Below are positions 41,899 to 52,662 of a stretch of 61,632 nucleotides of DNA, piece after piece. A program made the translations under genes and the position numbers. Below the pieces are notes generated by a model, which was not told the DNA's origin, ran no database searches, and worked only from the letters and a program-made list of their open reading frames with translations. The stretch lies in NCBI RefSeq assembly GCF_001194135.2, contig NC_068997.1, positions 52,243,916 through 52,305,547 on the forward strand, read 5' to 3'. Each line of letters starts with the position of its first letter. Positions within the stretch are counted from its first letter, which is position 1. The DNA comes from Octopus bimaculoides (taxonomy: Eukaryota).

Positions 41899-44619
41899 TA
41901 TATCTTGGTATATCACAGTAGAGATTGTTGTATAGTGTAAATATTGATGTTACTACACAGTTTGTACAATATATATTTATTACTACAAATATTGTTGTGT
42001 GGCATATATTGGTCTACTGCTGTGAAGATTGTTGTGATGTATTTATTGGTATATCACAGTAGAGGTTGTTGTTAGACATGAGCCTGTACAACAGTTTTGC
42101 ATGTGTTCTTATGTATTTATTAGTGAATAACTTACTAGATTGTTGTTAATTTACTCTCTTTTTTTACTCTTTGACTGGGGCCATGCTGGAGCACTGCCTT
42201 TAGTCGAGCAAATTGACCCTAGGACTTATTTGTAAGCCTAGTACTTATTCTAAGTCTTTCAAAGAAAGGACAATAATATATACATTTCAAGACAATCTCA
42301 ACAAAAACTGGAAAAAGCAATTGAATATATGGTGGTGCACCAGCATGACTGCAACCCATAAATAAATAAATATCATAAAAGTTACAAACTTTGAAAAGAA
42401 AAAAAATACAAATGTGTCAATATTTAAAACAACAACAAATAACTGCCCAATAATGGTTTTACAAAAACTACAGCATTCATGGATTTTAACATTTCCTGGA
42501 ATTTGTTGCTTTTTCCAAGAGACTATATTGAACATTCCATGAATGCTGTACTTTTTGTAAAGCGGTTATTTGTTGTTGCTGTTGTTTTATAATGCAGCCA
42601 TGTTATGTCAGGCTATCGGTTAAAACTGACTGGATTTGTCGTGGTAGCCAACAAATCTGTTCACTGTAGTAAATATAAATATCACCAATTATAAAAGTGG
42701 TAAGAAGGGAGTGGCTTGCTTATTTGAATAAATTTGCATATAAGCACAGGAGTGGCTGCGTGGTAAGTAGCTTGCTTACCAACCACATGGTTCCAGGTTC
42801 AGTCCTACTGCATGGCACTTTGGGCGAGTGTCTTCTACTATAGCCTCGGGCCGACCAAAGCCTTGTGAGTGGATTTGGTAGACAGAAACTGAAAGAAGCC
42901 CATTGTATATATATATATGTGTGTGTCTGTGTTTGTCCCCCACAACATCGCTTGACAACCGATGCTGGTGTGTTTATGTCCCTGTAACTTAGCGGTTCGC
43001 CAAAAGATACCTATGGAATAAGTACTGGGCTTACAAAGAATAAGTCCTGGGGTCGATTTGCTCAACTAAAGGCAGTGCTCCAGCATGGCCACATTCAAAT
43101 GACTGAAACAAGTAAAAGAGTAAATGGCTTATATTCTGTCTGCAGCATTATATTCTAATTATGTTAATCATGTATCTCGTTATATTGTAGGACACCAGAA
43201 TCTAGACGACCCAGATCCCATAATGAACATGTGACTAGAATTTCATATTGCTCAGAAGTAAGTAAAATGTTTGTTCAAGTCCTGCGTTAACCCCTTCAGA
43301 CTCGTTAGGCTATCAGAAGGGAATGAGATTGGCAGAGACTAATTTTTGGCTGCTTATCAATGCCAACTCACCTCACTAATGGTCTGCTGCTCTTGTACAA
43401 TTCTGGGATTGTTTTTTTAACTCTATATACATCTTTAAAAAGAGCTTTCTTGGATTAAAAAAAAAAAAAAACTGCAGCCCCTACCATAAGATACTAAGTA
43501 TGTGATATTAATGTTTAATATACGTGACTGTGTGTATGTGTTCATGTGAAAATACACACACAAAGGAGTGCTGAAAAGTTCTCAACTTTAAGGGTATAGT
43601 GAAAGGCCTAGTTGGAGGCCCAACCTTCCGAGTTCTTTTACAGGGTTTAGAAAAACTTAAGAACTGCTGCAATAAGTGTGTGAATTTGGGAAGGGAATAT
43701 GTTGAATAAAATCATAATTGATTGTCCTCTATTTACTTTTACCCAAAACCAGGAACCTTTCAGCGCCCCTTTATATTTATATATATATATTTCAGTTTGT
43801 ATTTATACTCCATCTAAATTTGTAGTCATTTGACTCTCTGATGAATCAATATTTGTTTTTACTATTGTTTTTCTTTATTTATTTCTCTTTTAGCCTGGAG
43901 CAGAGAGTGATACTCCAGGGCATCACTCAAGTAGACATGGGCTGGAAAGTGACACTCCTGGACATCACACCAGTAGACATGGAGTGGACAGTGACACTCC
44001 AGGGCATCACTCCAGTAGACATGGAGTGGAGAGTGACACTCCAGGGCATCACTCCAGTAGACATGGAGTGGACAGCGACACTCCTGGTCATCACTCTAGC
44101 AGACGTGCAGAGAGTGATCATTCTGGCCACAGACATAACAGACACGACAGGTCATCAAACTGGCAGAGTCCAACAACCACAGACAGCCCTACTTCTGGGT
44201 CTTACACACCGGTGCACTCAGGACGACGGGCATACAACCAACATGAAGACAGTGACTATGGTAGTTACACACCTGTCCACCGATCGAGACAAACCCACCA
44301 TTACTCACAAACGGACAGGACACGTGAGCAAGGGGGAAACTATCGACCATCGCATAGATCTCGACACAGCGACACACGTAGTGGTGGCAGCAGTTCACAT
44401 TCTCATCAACATCGATCGGGTTCCCATGGTGATCGGGAAGGTCACTCGAGGTCACGACCTAGTTCCCATGTTGACAGAGAAAGCCATTCTTCATCCAGGT
44501 CACGACACAGTCGAACTCCAGAAGATAATGACCCAGGACGGCCACCAATGAATAAAGATTTAAATTTAACAGTTGTTTTCCACGAAGGACAGACCAATGA
44601 AGAAGCTACGGAACTGTAA
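21827..44619 (+). CDS. EPB41L4A: Band 4.1-like protein 4A ortholog (FERM domain + FERM-adjacent region + long disordered tail); spliced gene span, 5'-incomplete
   Basis: 23 GT-AG exons join in consistent phase, apart from one junction spanning an N gap. FERM motifs: [68 protein letters not shown]. Tail motifs PWES..GLY and EELKNH...[13 protein letters not shown] match my recollection of human EPB41L4A (EELWKH...[13 protein letters not shown]), which separates it from other FERM paralogs. Confidence 0.92.
23059..23101 (+). CDS. EPB41L4A: EPB41L4A exon: [14 protein letters not shown](G)
   Basis: ctgcag|...|gtaag; 43 nt, phase 0-1; WLD motif. Confidence 0.93.
23427..23505 (+). CDS. EPB41L4A: EPB41L4A exon: [26 protein letters not shown]
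   Basis: ttttag|...|gtaag; 79 nt, phase 1-2. Confidence 0.93.
24743..24840 (+). CDS. EPB41L4A: EPB41L4A exon (F2): [32 protein letters not shown]
   Basis: ctgcag|...|gtaag; 98 nt, phase 2-1. Confidence 0.94.
25505..26020 (-). mobile_element. R4/Dong-type non-LTR retrotransposon 3' end with restriction-like endonuclease
   Basis: [22 protein letters not shown]...[26 protein letters not shown] (PD..D.xK REL motif); flanked by (TTA)n. Confidence 0.88.
26075..26400 (+). mobile_element. SINE family B
   Basis: collinear with 8991-9355. Confidence 0.8.
26963..27395 (+). mobile_element. Two tandem SINE family C copies (Meta-domain-like ttgcctttcatcctttcggggtcgataa..aagtaccag)
   Basis: head gagctggcagaatcgttagca, ends in (TTA)n; other + copies near 15780, 25400, 27860, 34282, 36995, 45980, 50740. 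Confidence 0.8.
27502..27622 (+). CDS. EPB41L4A: EPB41L4A exon: (S)[39 protein letters not shown](V)
   Basis: ttccag|...|gtaag; 121 nt, phase 1-2; ELGDY and YVSEFRF motifs. Confidence 0.94.
28326..28413 (+). CDS. EPB41L4A: EPB41L4A exon: [29 protein letters not shown]
   Basis: ttacag|...|gtaag; 88 nt, phase 2-0; LEMYGVDLH motif. Confidence 0.95.
28777..28865 (+). CDS. EPB41L4A: EPB41L4A exon (F3): [29 protein letters not shown](W)
   Basis: tggcag|...|gtgag; 89 nt, phase 0-2. Confidence 0.94.
30530..30621 (+). CDS. EPB41L4A: EPB41L4A exon: [30 protein letters not shown]
   Basis: tttcag|...|gtaag; 92 nt, phase 0-2; CKHLW..CVEHH.FF motif. Confidence 0.95.
30880..31800 (-). mobile_element. Possible Mutator/MULE transposase relic
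   Basis: minus peptides [38 protein letters not shown] resemble the MULE DF..CxFHFxQ..GL..LxALxFLP stretch as I recall it; stops and frameshifts present. Confidence 0.42.
31855..31970 (+). CDS. EPB41L4A: EPB41L4A exon (FERM-adjacent): [38 protein letters not shown]
   Basis: gtgcag|...|gtaag; 116 nt, phase 2-1; (S)GRT motif. Confidence 0.88.
32218..32287 (+). CDS. EPB41L4A: EPB41L4A exon: (V)[22 protein letters not shown]
   Basis: long pyrimidine tract, ttccag|...|gtacgt; 70 nt, phase 1-2, bridges the phases of its neighbours. Confidence 0.8.
33618..33704 (+). CDS. EPB41L4A: EPB41L4A exon: [28 protein letters not shown]
   Basis: taccag|...|gtaag; 87 nt, phase 2-2; PWE motif. Confidence 0.88.
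34520..34636 (+). CDS. EPB41L4A: EPB41L4A exon: [38 protein letters not shown]
   Basis: ctgcag|...|gtaaa; 117 nt, phase 2-2; GLY motif. Confidence 0.87.
35043..35108 (+). CDS. EPB41L4A: EPB41L4A exon: [21 protein letters not shown]
   Basis: cttcag|...|gtaga; 66 nt, phase 2-2; GSDND motif. Confidence 0.83.
35843..35959 (+). CDS. EPB41L4A: EPB41L4A exon: [38 protein letters not shown]
   Basis: (CT)n tract, ctccag|...|gtaag; 117 nt, phase 2-2. Confidence 0.82.
36108..36333. mobile_element. Tc1/mariner-like MITE
   Basis: terminal inverted repeats gagggg..gctgaaaagatcctggcttt / aaagccaggcacttttcagcccctcccccctc-like, TA near the ends; second copy at 43563-43772. Confidence 0.72.
36385..36471 (+). 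CDS. EPB41L4A: EPB41L4A exon: [28 protein letters not shown]
   Basis: ttttag|...|gtgag; 87 nt, phase 2-2. Confidence 0.83.
36620..36850 (-). mobile_element. Short interspersed family D (gagtggttggcgttaggaagggcatccagctg motif, (CAT)n end)
   Basis: reverse complement cagctggatgcccttcc..gccaaccact; copies near 3940-4190, 4560-4620, 18015-18300, 46385-46530. Confidence 0.72.
37233..37289 (+). CDS. EPB41L4A: EPB41L4A exon: [18 protein letters not shown]
   Basis: tttcag|...|gtacgt; 57 nt, phase 2-2; RSxSP and EEL..H motifs. Confidence 0.88.
38149..38487 (-). mobile_element. SINE family B, minus orientation
   Basis: reverse complement of family B; partial copy also at 13790-14025. Confidence 0.82.
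38540..38608 (+). CDS. EPB41L4A: EPB41L4A exon: [22 protein letters not shown](E)
   Basis: ttgcag|...|gtaag; 69 nt, phase 2-2; QLKEIPYTK signature. Confidence 0.93.
39198..39275 (+). CDS. EPB41L4A: EPB41L4A exon: [25 protein letters not shown]
   Basis: ccccag|...|gtaag; 78 nt, phase 2-2. Confidence 0.88.
39636..39676 (-). ncRNA. Type I minimal hammerhead-ribozyme-like motif (UUA site)
   Basis: minus strand CCT-CTGATGA-GAGTCCAATAAGGTTC-GAA-AATCGATT-A-AGG; palindromic stem III; stem I only 3 bp. Confidence 0.5.
40364..40576 (+). CDS. EPB41L4A: EPB41L4A exon: [24 protein letters not shown]...PPPPAYSS...KATSNY
   Basis: ttgcag|...|gtgag; 213 nt open, phase 2-2. Confidence 0.83.
40829..40895 (+). 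CDS. EPB41L4A: EPB41L4A exon: [22 protein letters not shown]
   Basis: ttacag|...|gtaag; 67 nt, phase 2-0. Confidence 0.8.
41205..41350. repeat. Unclassified dispersed repeat (gttttatgttcaaactgg..cctaccctacaatg..ttcta family)
   Basis: opposite-orientation copies at about 4300-4440 and 47700-47900. Confidence 0.6.
41675..41718 (+). CDS. EPB41L4A: EPB41L4A exon: [14 protein letters not shown](G)
   Basis: cttcag|...|gtaag; 44 nt, phase 0-2. Confidence 0.75.
42746..43104 (+). mobile_element. SINE family A, near full length
   Basis: same head, body and tail motifs as 14080-14455. Confidence 0.85.
43191..43257 (+). CDS. EPB41L4A: EPB41L4A exon: [22 protein letters not shown]
   Basis: ttgtag|...|gtaag; 67 nt, phase 2-0. 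Confidence 0.78.
43563..43772. mobile_element. Tc1/mariner-like MITE, opposite orientation to 36108-36333
   Basis: gtgctgaaaagttc ... gaacctttcagcgcccct; internal gttgaataaaatcat is the reverse complement of atgattttattcaac. Confidence 0.68.
43894..44619 (+). CDS. EPB41L4A: EPB41L4A terminal coding exon: [15 protein letters not shown] repeats ... [17 protein letters not shown]
   Basis: ctcttttag| acceptor; 726 nt open in phase 0 (in frame with ORF 43984..44619), ends at TAA. Confidence 0.85.
   Translation, partial: PGAESDTPGHHSSRHGLESDTPGHHTSRHGVDSDTPGHHSSRHGVESDTPGHHSSRHGVDSDTPGHHSSRRAESDHSGHRHNRHDRSSNWQSPTTTDSPTSGSYTPVHSGRRAYNQHEDSDYGSYTPVHRSRQTHHYSQTDRTREQGGNYRPSHRSRHSDTRSGGSSSHSHQHRSGSHGDREGHSRSRPSSHVDRESHSSSRSRHSRTPEDNDPGRPPMNKDLNLTVVFHEGQTNEEATEL
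43900..44145 (+). repeat. Coding 42-bp minisatellite (14-aa unit), 5 copies plus 1 degenerate
   Basis: [82 protein letters not shown]. Confidence 0.93.
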
Positions 44620-45263
44620 ACTCAGGGAGGTGTTATAGACCCCCACCTCTTCCCAGTCAGTACAGAACAACCCTCCTTCCTAATCAACGATGCAGACCAC
44701 ACCCTTGGTCAATACAGTTCCTGTAAAGTATCCCAGATGTAAATGGAATTATAATACAAGGCTAAGAAAACTAATACAGACCACAGCTGCAATATAAGTG
44801 ATACTCTTAAACAGAGGCCACACCCTCTCAGTTACTTGAGACCACACCCTCAATCAATACAGACTGCACTTTCAATCAACATGGGCCATGCCCTCTCGTC
44901 TAATCAAGACTATACATGCCCAATGAACAAAAGGCCATACCTCCAATCAATAGCCACCTCACGAGATCTAAAAAGTGAAATATGCAATAAATGGAAGTCT
45001 AGTTAAAAGTATCAAAAACTATGAATCTACAGTTTACGAGTTCAAATGATGTTAACCGTTTTAGTGTCCCTCTATTCAGACTTGCTATTTTAAATATTTG
45101 TACATATCACATGGATTATATATGAGATAGTCAAATTTGTTATATATAAACGTATATACATATATATATATATCTTGGAGATGAGTACTGAAGTTATCAT
45201 GTGCTAGGTTTGAGAACAGAAATTTTTCACTACATGAAACCATTGGTAACCTTGTTAACCCAC

Positions 45264-45277
45264 AATAAATAAATAAA
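45264..45277 (+). terminator. Candidate polyadenylation signals (overlapping AATAAA) for the EPB41L4A 3' UTR; another AATAAA at 44986
   Basis: cacAATAAATAAATAAAT about 650 nt after the stop codon; position only, no transcript data. Confidence 0.35.
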
Positions 45278-48200
45278 TATTTATATATATAGATATAGAT
45301 ATCTGATAGGTAACCCGGGTTAAGTCCATAGAATGGCTTTGCATAGGTTTTTGAGAATCAAGAATTTCCACATGCATATATTATATTTCCATGTGCCACT
45401 TGTTCGGATTTAAACACAGTTATCTACATGCATACACATGCTATACCTTTTATCATTATAAATATGTATGCGTTTGTGTACCTGGTAGAACATGGAATTT
45501 TCAACTATAACTTTTAATACCTGAACATTTTGAAATCCATCTCCTAGTCTCATGATTGATTCTGTGTTTTCATCTCTGGATTGAACATATCAAATACCAG
45601 TAATATATTAGTGTTAACTAAACATGTCTTCCTATATAATATTTGTCCTTGTGTTGCAGCAAAATCAAAGTAAAACAAAAACAGTATTTATTCATTTGAA
45701 AAATTTCTTGATAAATCAGAAAACATTTAAAAAAAAGAAGAATTTTAAACGACAAATAATCGTGCCAAAAATGAAAATAACCAAATCTATTCACCATCAT
45801 AGGTGACCACAATATTGTTGCTTCCATCAGTCAGTGCCCTATTGAGATACATAATTCTTTAGATGTAAAAGAACTAAATTGGTATGTATGGACATAATCT
45901 ATCTACATATCCTTCATCTGACCCATGCAGGCATGGAAAAGTGGACATTAAATGATTATAAACATCATAAGGAAGCAAGCTGGCAGAATTGTTTCCATTC
46001 CAGACAAAATGTGTAATGGCATTAATTCTAACTTTGCATTCTGAATTCAAATGCCGCCAAGGTTGACTTTTCTCTCGTGGTCTGTAAAGTAAGTACCAGC
46101 TAAACACTGGAGTCAATGTAATTGATATACTCCCTCCTCCAAAATTGCTGGCCTTGGGCCAAAATTTGAAATTAGTATCTATAAACATCACGTGTAGAGT
46201 CTGTCAAAGAAATCTGTGAACCATGACGAAACGGTAGTAAGATGGTATGATCAGAAAAATACAAGTATTAAGAGAAACTGACCATTGAAACCATTCCTTG
46301 CTTTGGCCTCCAGGAGTTTTTGGGAAACTGAAGAATCAGCAATGCATTTTTCAAAGATTATATCATGAAAATAAAAACACTTTGTACATAACATAAAACG
46401 ATTGGCATTAGGAAGGGCATCCAACCATAGAAACCATGCCAAAGCTGACATTGGGACCTGATGCAGTTCTGCACGTAGTTGAATCCTGTCAAATCGTTTA
46501 ACCGATGCCAACATCAAAAACACATTAAATGATCACGTGTATATATTTTCTAAAGAGTGTTCCAGAAAGTGCGACAGATTACCAAGATTTATGGGGCCCA
46601 GTAGATCGGTTCCACACCCAACTTGTATCTCTGGTATGGTTTGACAGTTTTCATAATTCTAGACTAGACCAATCAAAGGGACAGCTGCATATCTTATATA
46701 ATTGGACATTTAAGTACATGTAAAACATGTGCACATTGTATAAAGCATAAATACCTATTATTTTACATTTTGTATATATATATATAAATGGAGTTAAATG
46801 CAGGTGTTATTCAAAGATTTGAAAAAAAGGGGAAATAATAATATTGGATGTATAAAACGACAGTTTGATCACAATTGGAAGATCTGATCATAGCCTGACT
46901 GACCGAGGATTAAACAATGGCAACTGTTAAAAGATGTCAGGAAATGTCTAAGGTACTCTTGCTAAAGCATCTTATTTCTTCTATGTTATTGGAATCTGGA
47001 GCAGCCATGGGCACTGTCTGTTCTCAGACTTTGTAAAAGACAGAAAACTCATGAAAATGGTAACAAAACTCATTATCAGAGATGGAACACTGCTACATTA
47101 GCCACAATTCCAAGAGAAATATCAGAGCTTTGTCAGGAAGAATAAGTCAATGGCTCAGCTACTAATGGTACTTTCAAAAGTTTATGAACAGACTGCTCTC
47201 CAAGAACACAGAATTTTCTCTGACAACCATTTTGGAACTCCCACAAAAGCAACAACAACAACATAGCATAAACTGATGACAAATACATTTTACTTGCTAG
47301 AAATAGCAGCCAAATCACTCTCAAACGATTTTCTGTCTTACAAAAGATGGCTCACATTAGATTATAAGATTGTCAATACATTTTATGAAAACAGAAACTG
47401 GAATGGTTACTGATCATATCTCTGTTGGACGAAGGCTGATCTGGGATTATCCCTTTTGTTTACCACATTTCTGCTGATATACACTTCCTATGTTTCAATT
47501 AATCTTGAAAATAATGAAGAATTTGGTGAAAAGAACTGCCATTACAAAGATGATGTTAGGAACAGAAATTAATGTAAAATTTTGATGGAAAGTTTTAACT
47601 CAGATCCACAAAATTTGTATCACAGAACTAAGGGTTCTTGTGTGACTTTGTATCAAAAGGGCTTAACAAGAAAGGAGATATTGAAGATAAGCAGCTTAAT
47701 CCTTAAACATTTAAACTGGCCATATTTTGGCCTTAAACATTTAAACTGGCCCAAACATTCTGCCCGTTTTATGTTCAAACTTGTCAGATCTGGCCTTGCA
47801 CAACTACATTAAAATTTCATTCTAGAAATATTCAATCATATCACTGAAATCTCAAAATTACAAAGATTAATACACAATTAATCCAAAACAATGTGAATAA
47901 ATAAATATTACATTTGACAGAGAAATTTGAATGCTAAACGATTAACAGAGGACAGAATGATTGCAGTATTTTAAATCATGGGTCTGTTGAATCAAAGATG
48001 GCTTAGAACTAAACAACAACAACAACAATTATTACAAACTGAAATGTAAATTATCATTCCAGCCTAATCAGAAGCATGACATGTTATGGTAGCTTGATCC
48101 TAAAAAAGTTGGATTAACCAAAATATATTCCTTGTATTGAGACACTACATTTCTAATAGAATTCTAAACAAATCTAAAAGACACGCTGTGTGTGTGTATG

Positions 48201-51200
48201 AATAAAAACATACTCACACACATGTATGTATAATCCAGCATGTGCTTCAGAAGACTTGACACTTTACCAAAAAGTTTCCACACAACCTCTATGACTCCAG
48301 ATCAACTTCTGTGCAGAGTGTGCATTCCATATAGAAAATGGAATGCAGAAAACATAATTAGTATTTATGCTTTGTATAATATACACGTGTTTCAGAAAGC
48401 TGACCTTAATTACATAAGCCTAAAGGGTCAGTTACATAATACAATGCAGCCAGCTCACTTTGTCAGCTAATGTACCATATTACTTGCCCATCAATTGAGT
48501 TCTTCTGGCTAGAAGCTGTGAAAGTAGAAAACTGTTCTGCTCCCTCAAAGACCCCCACATCATTACAGAATTTATAGTGTGGTCATGGCTAAGTTAGAGT
48601 ATAGCAATTTCAGGGTGTTTGGTCTGTGACATTTCCTTACCAAGTCCTCACTAAAGACGAATAAATGCATTTAAAGGGTTCGAACAATAAACGAGAAATG
48701 ATTCCATACTTCAAAAGTCTGTCAGTGAAATATTTATAAAAGTAAAAAGAAAATGTTTCTATCGAAACAATAATGGTAGTAATGATAACATTACCAATCT
48801 TTGACAATGGTAAAATAATGGATTATTACTGTTCTGTTAATGATTGATAAAACAGCAGTAATACCACTTTAATTAACAAAATAATTAGTGGCAAAACAAA
48901 GGACTGTTACTGTAATTTGCATGTTATTAGCATTGTAATAGGTAAGATGATATACAAGTCAAATTAATTATGATAATGTATATGTACATTTTAATATCAT
49001 GTAAATGATATAAAAATGGAAATATGTTAATGTGTAAATGTTGGTACCATGCTTATATGTAAATGATATGCAAATGGTATTCTGTTAATGTATATGTTAA
49101 CATTATGGTATCATGGAAATGATATAAAAATGGAATTATGTTAAAGCCATGTTAAAGTGTAAATGGTACACAAGTGAAATTAATTATGTTAATTTATGTG
49201 TAAATGTTGTCTGGGCAAATGGTATACAGGTGAATTAATTATGTTGATGCCTGTGTAAATGATATACAAAGGGAGTTATTAATTATGTTAATATATATAT
49301 ATGGTGAATGATACCAACGTGGAAATGTAGAGTAAATTATTGCAATGTAAACTTTTTAGAGCGGACCATAGCATGAGCGTCTCTCACATTACCTCCTCTT
49401 AACTGGTAGAGTTAGTCTTATGTAACAATTGTACAGGGCGGAGCTAGTTGTGTGCAATAAGTGTTGAGTGTGGATCCAGTTGCATATGGTTGTTCCTCCA
49501 TCACACACTATACTCCGACATGCCACAGTTGATTGTTATTCGATGGTATACTCACACTTCACCTATGTAGGCTGGGTTTCTGCCTGAAGGGAAGGACCAG
49601 ATCTCAAAGGCCTTTACAATGTCTCTGAAATTGGTAGGCTGGAGGGAAGAAAATATCCTCAAATCAGACACCTGGTCTGCATGTTTGCATCAGAATGGAA
49701 TCTATGAAAGGCTGAATGGCCAGGCAGTGATGTTCAACAGGGCATGAACATAGTGGCTTGTGTAGGAATGTTACTTGGGATAAATTAATGTAACATAAAA
49801 CATGAGCTAAACATCAGACTGGTAGTGGTATACTTGTGATAGAGTGGTGTCTTATCCAGGTACATCTCTCATCCACTTCAAGCTATAAAACTAGAGCTAA
49901 AGATCAAATTCCAGAAGCTTTCTAGAGGCACAGGAAGTGTTTCATTATAACTCGGAGACATTAATTATAGCTTCTCCATCTCTTCATTTCTAAAACTGCT
50001 GATCAAAGACACCAATCCTGGTTGATGTGGCCACCTCATAAAAAAATATGCTAGAAATTGCTTCGCTCTATTTCTGGGTTAGAGGCTAGTAGTTAGGGCC
50101 AAGGTGCCATTTGGGTGATGTATGATGTGATTGACAAAAGATGTGAGACATCTACATTGAAAGAAGATCATATTCTAGAGAGGTAGTAAGGGGCACCAAA
50201 ATGACAGTTGGTGAGGCAGAAGGGAATATATGAAAAACAAGATGGCTATATACATACATATATATATATATAGATATATAGAAAGAGAGAGAGAGAGAGA
50301 CTTATGTCCCAAGTTATTTCCTGAATGCCAGTACATGGAACCAAAACTTAAAGGAGACCTAATATGGAGGTTTCAGAAATATCCATGGGCGCCGCCCCTT
50401 TTCTGAATAACTTATAAAAACTAAAGCAGAGATTTTTTTTTTGCGGGGGGTGGGTTTCTGTTTTGTTTTTCTGTAGTCATCTGTATTTTGAACTACTTTC
50501 CATTTTATATGTCTTCCTTCTCATGTCATGTTCATCTCTCATACACACACACACTTGTCATTCCCCACCACCTTGTTATTGTTGGTGATGGTCGTTAGAC
50601 TATCATTAAGTATTACAACTACTTCTGTATACACTTTTTGTCCTTGAAAATAATGTAAGCATCACACAGTCTCAATTCTAATACAAAGAAAAAAAATCTG
50701 AATTTGTTGGTGGTATTATTATTATTATTATTATTAACGTGGTGAGCTAACAGAATCATTAGCACGCTGGGCAAAATGCTTAGCGGTATTTTGTCTGCTG
50801 CATTCTGAGTTCAAATTCCACCAAGCAAAAGAGAGTTGTACCTGTAATTCAAAGGGGCCAGTCTTACCACATTCTGTGTCATACTGAATCTCCCAAGAAT
50901 TGCATTAAGGGTACGCACGTCTGTGGTGTACTCAGCCACTTGCATGTTAATTCATAAGCAAGCTGATCTCTTAATCAAATCAAGTGGAATCCTTGTTGCT
51001 GTAACTGACAGACTTCCAGATAAGGTACCAGTCAAATACTGGGGGTTGATTTAATCATTTAAATCCCTTCTCCGAAATGGGTGACCTAGATGCTATGGAA
51101 GCATTATCAGGAAGTTGATAATCTGTTAGATGTCTCCAGTTGACAAGATGAGGAGTTCAATTCTTGTCTTTGGTGTGAACTTAAGAAACTAAGAGTTTTT

Positions 51201-51426
51201 GTTATTGTTGTTGTAAAAATGTTTAATTTCCAAATCAGAGAAAACTTATTTAATTCTAAAACCCTACTCACACTTCTCCTCTTCCTGTTATTTATTCCAT
51301 ATCTACTTTATACAGATCAGGTATGGGTTTATGTAAAATCAATACAAATTCAATAAAATATATATTGGAATGTGTGTGTGTATACATGTATGTGTATATG
51401 TGTCTGTATAAGTGGGTGTATGCATT

Positions 51427-51457
<31 letters not shown>

Positions 51458-51466
51458 TAGAAGAAA

Positions 51467-51506
<40 letters not shown>

Positions 51507-51788
51507 GTACATATACATGTGTATAACGTGTGTGTTATGTATGTATATATAGATATATTTGTGTATGTGTGTATGTATGTATGTATATATATATATATAC
51601 ACACACATACATATGTATGTATGTCTGTCTATATGTGCATGTGTCTATGAAAACAAATTAATTTTTCACAATCAAACTCGTTTATACAATGTGTATGTGT
51701 ATATATGTGGGCATGTATCAACATAATAAAATTTGTGTTTTTGTGTGTGTGAGCATGTGTATATACATGTATATAGATATACATATAT

Positions 51789-51825
<37 letters not shown>

Positions 51826-52464
51826 CAATGTGTGTATGCATTGAGTGTATAACTGCTATCTGTGATAAACAAACACACATCTGTTGTTTGTATGTTGTGA
51901 CACCAACAATAAAAATAAAAATGTTTTCAATAAATTAACTTAACACATCGATCTTGTTATTTTGATTTATAATTATTGTTGTTGTACTCTTGGGCAAGAT
52001 TATCAACTTTACTTGACACTGGGTATTAAACTTTCTAAAACAAAATATAGCTGTGTGTGGATTTGGTAGATAGAAACTGAAAGAAGCCGTCATATGTGTG
52101 TGTGTGTCTGTGTTTGTCCCCCAACACCGCTTGACAACTGATGGTGTGTTTATGTCCACATGACTTTGTGGTTTGGCAAATGAGACTGATAGGATAAACA
52201 CCAGGCTTAAAACAAACTGGGGTCGGTAAATTCTTCGAAGCATTGCCCCAGCATGACCGCAGTCTGGTGACTGAAACAGGTGATGGTTCGTGCATAGACA
52301 GTATTGTTATTTAACACCAGGCTATACCTGATCAAGTAGAGCTATGATCTAAGGCATTCTATCCATGGCCATCCCATCATTTTTTAAGAGTGTTGGACTG
52401 AGGTGATGCAGATGTGTGTAGTTTGACGGGGTTGAAGCAAAGAACAATAACTGCAGCCACCAGC

Positions 52465-52662
52465 AGAGTGGACAGTGGCTAGTGTTACCCATAGAGTGGA
52501 CGGTGGCCATAACGTCACCTGTAGAGTTGACAGTGTCCATGGTGATGTCTGTGGAGTGGACGGCGGCCATAGAGTCCCTTGTGGGGTGGATGGTAACCAT
52601 GGTGACATCTGTGGAGTGGCCATAGAATCACTTGTGAGGTGGACAGCGGCCATAGAGTCACC
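52465..52662. repeat. About 30-bp minisatellite, about 7 diverged units
   Basis: recurrent (a/g)gagtggac(a/g)g(t/c)ggccat(a/g)g..gtcac..gt. Confidence 0.75.

Noticed and set aside
43841-44551. 236-aa ORF with ITPVDMEW repeats, and antisense ORFs 43927-44145 and 44189-44455
   Set aside because: Shadow frames of the 42-bp coding repeat; the phase-0 splice from exon 43257 selects the SDTPGHH frame
49330-50050. Higher-complexity intergenic stretch, possibly an old element or an exon
   Set aside because: The frames I spot-translated were interrupted by stops and showed no recognisable motif
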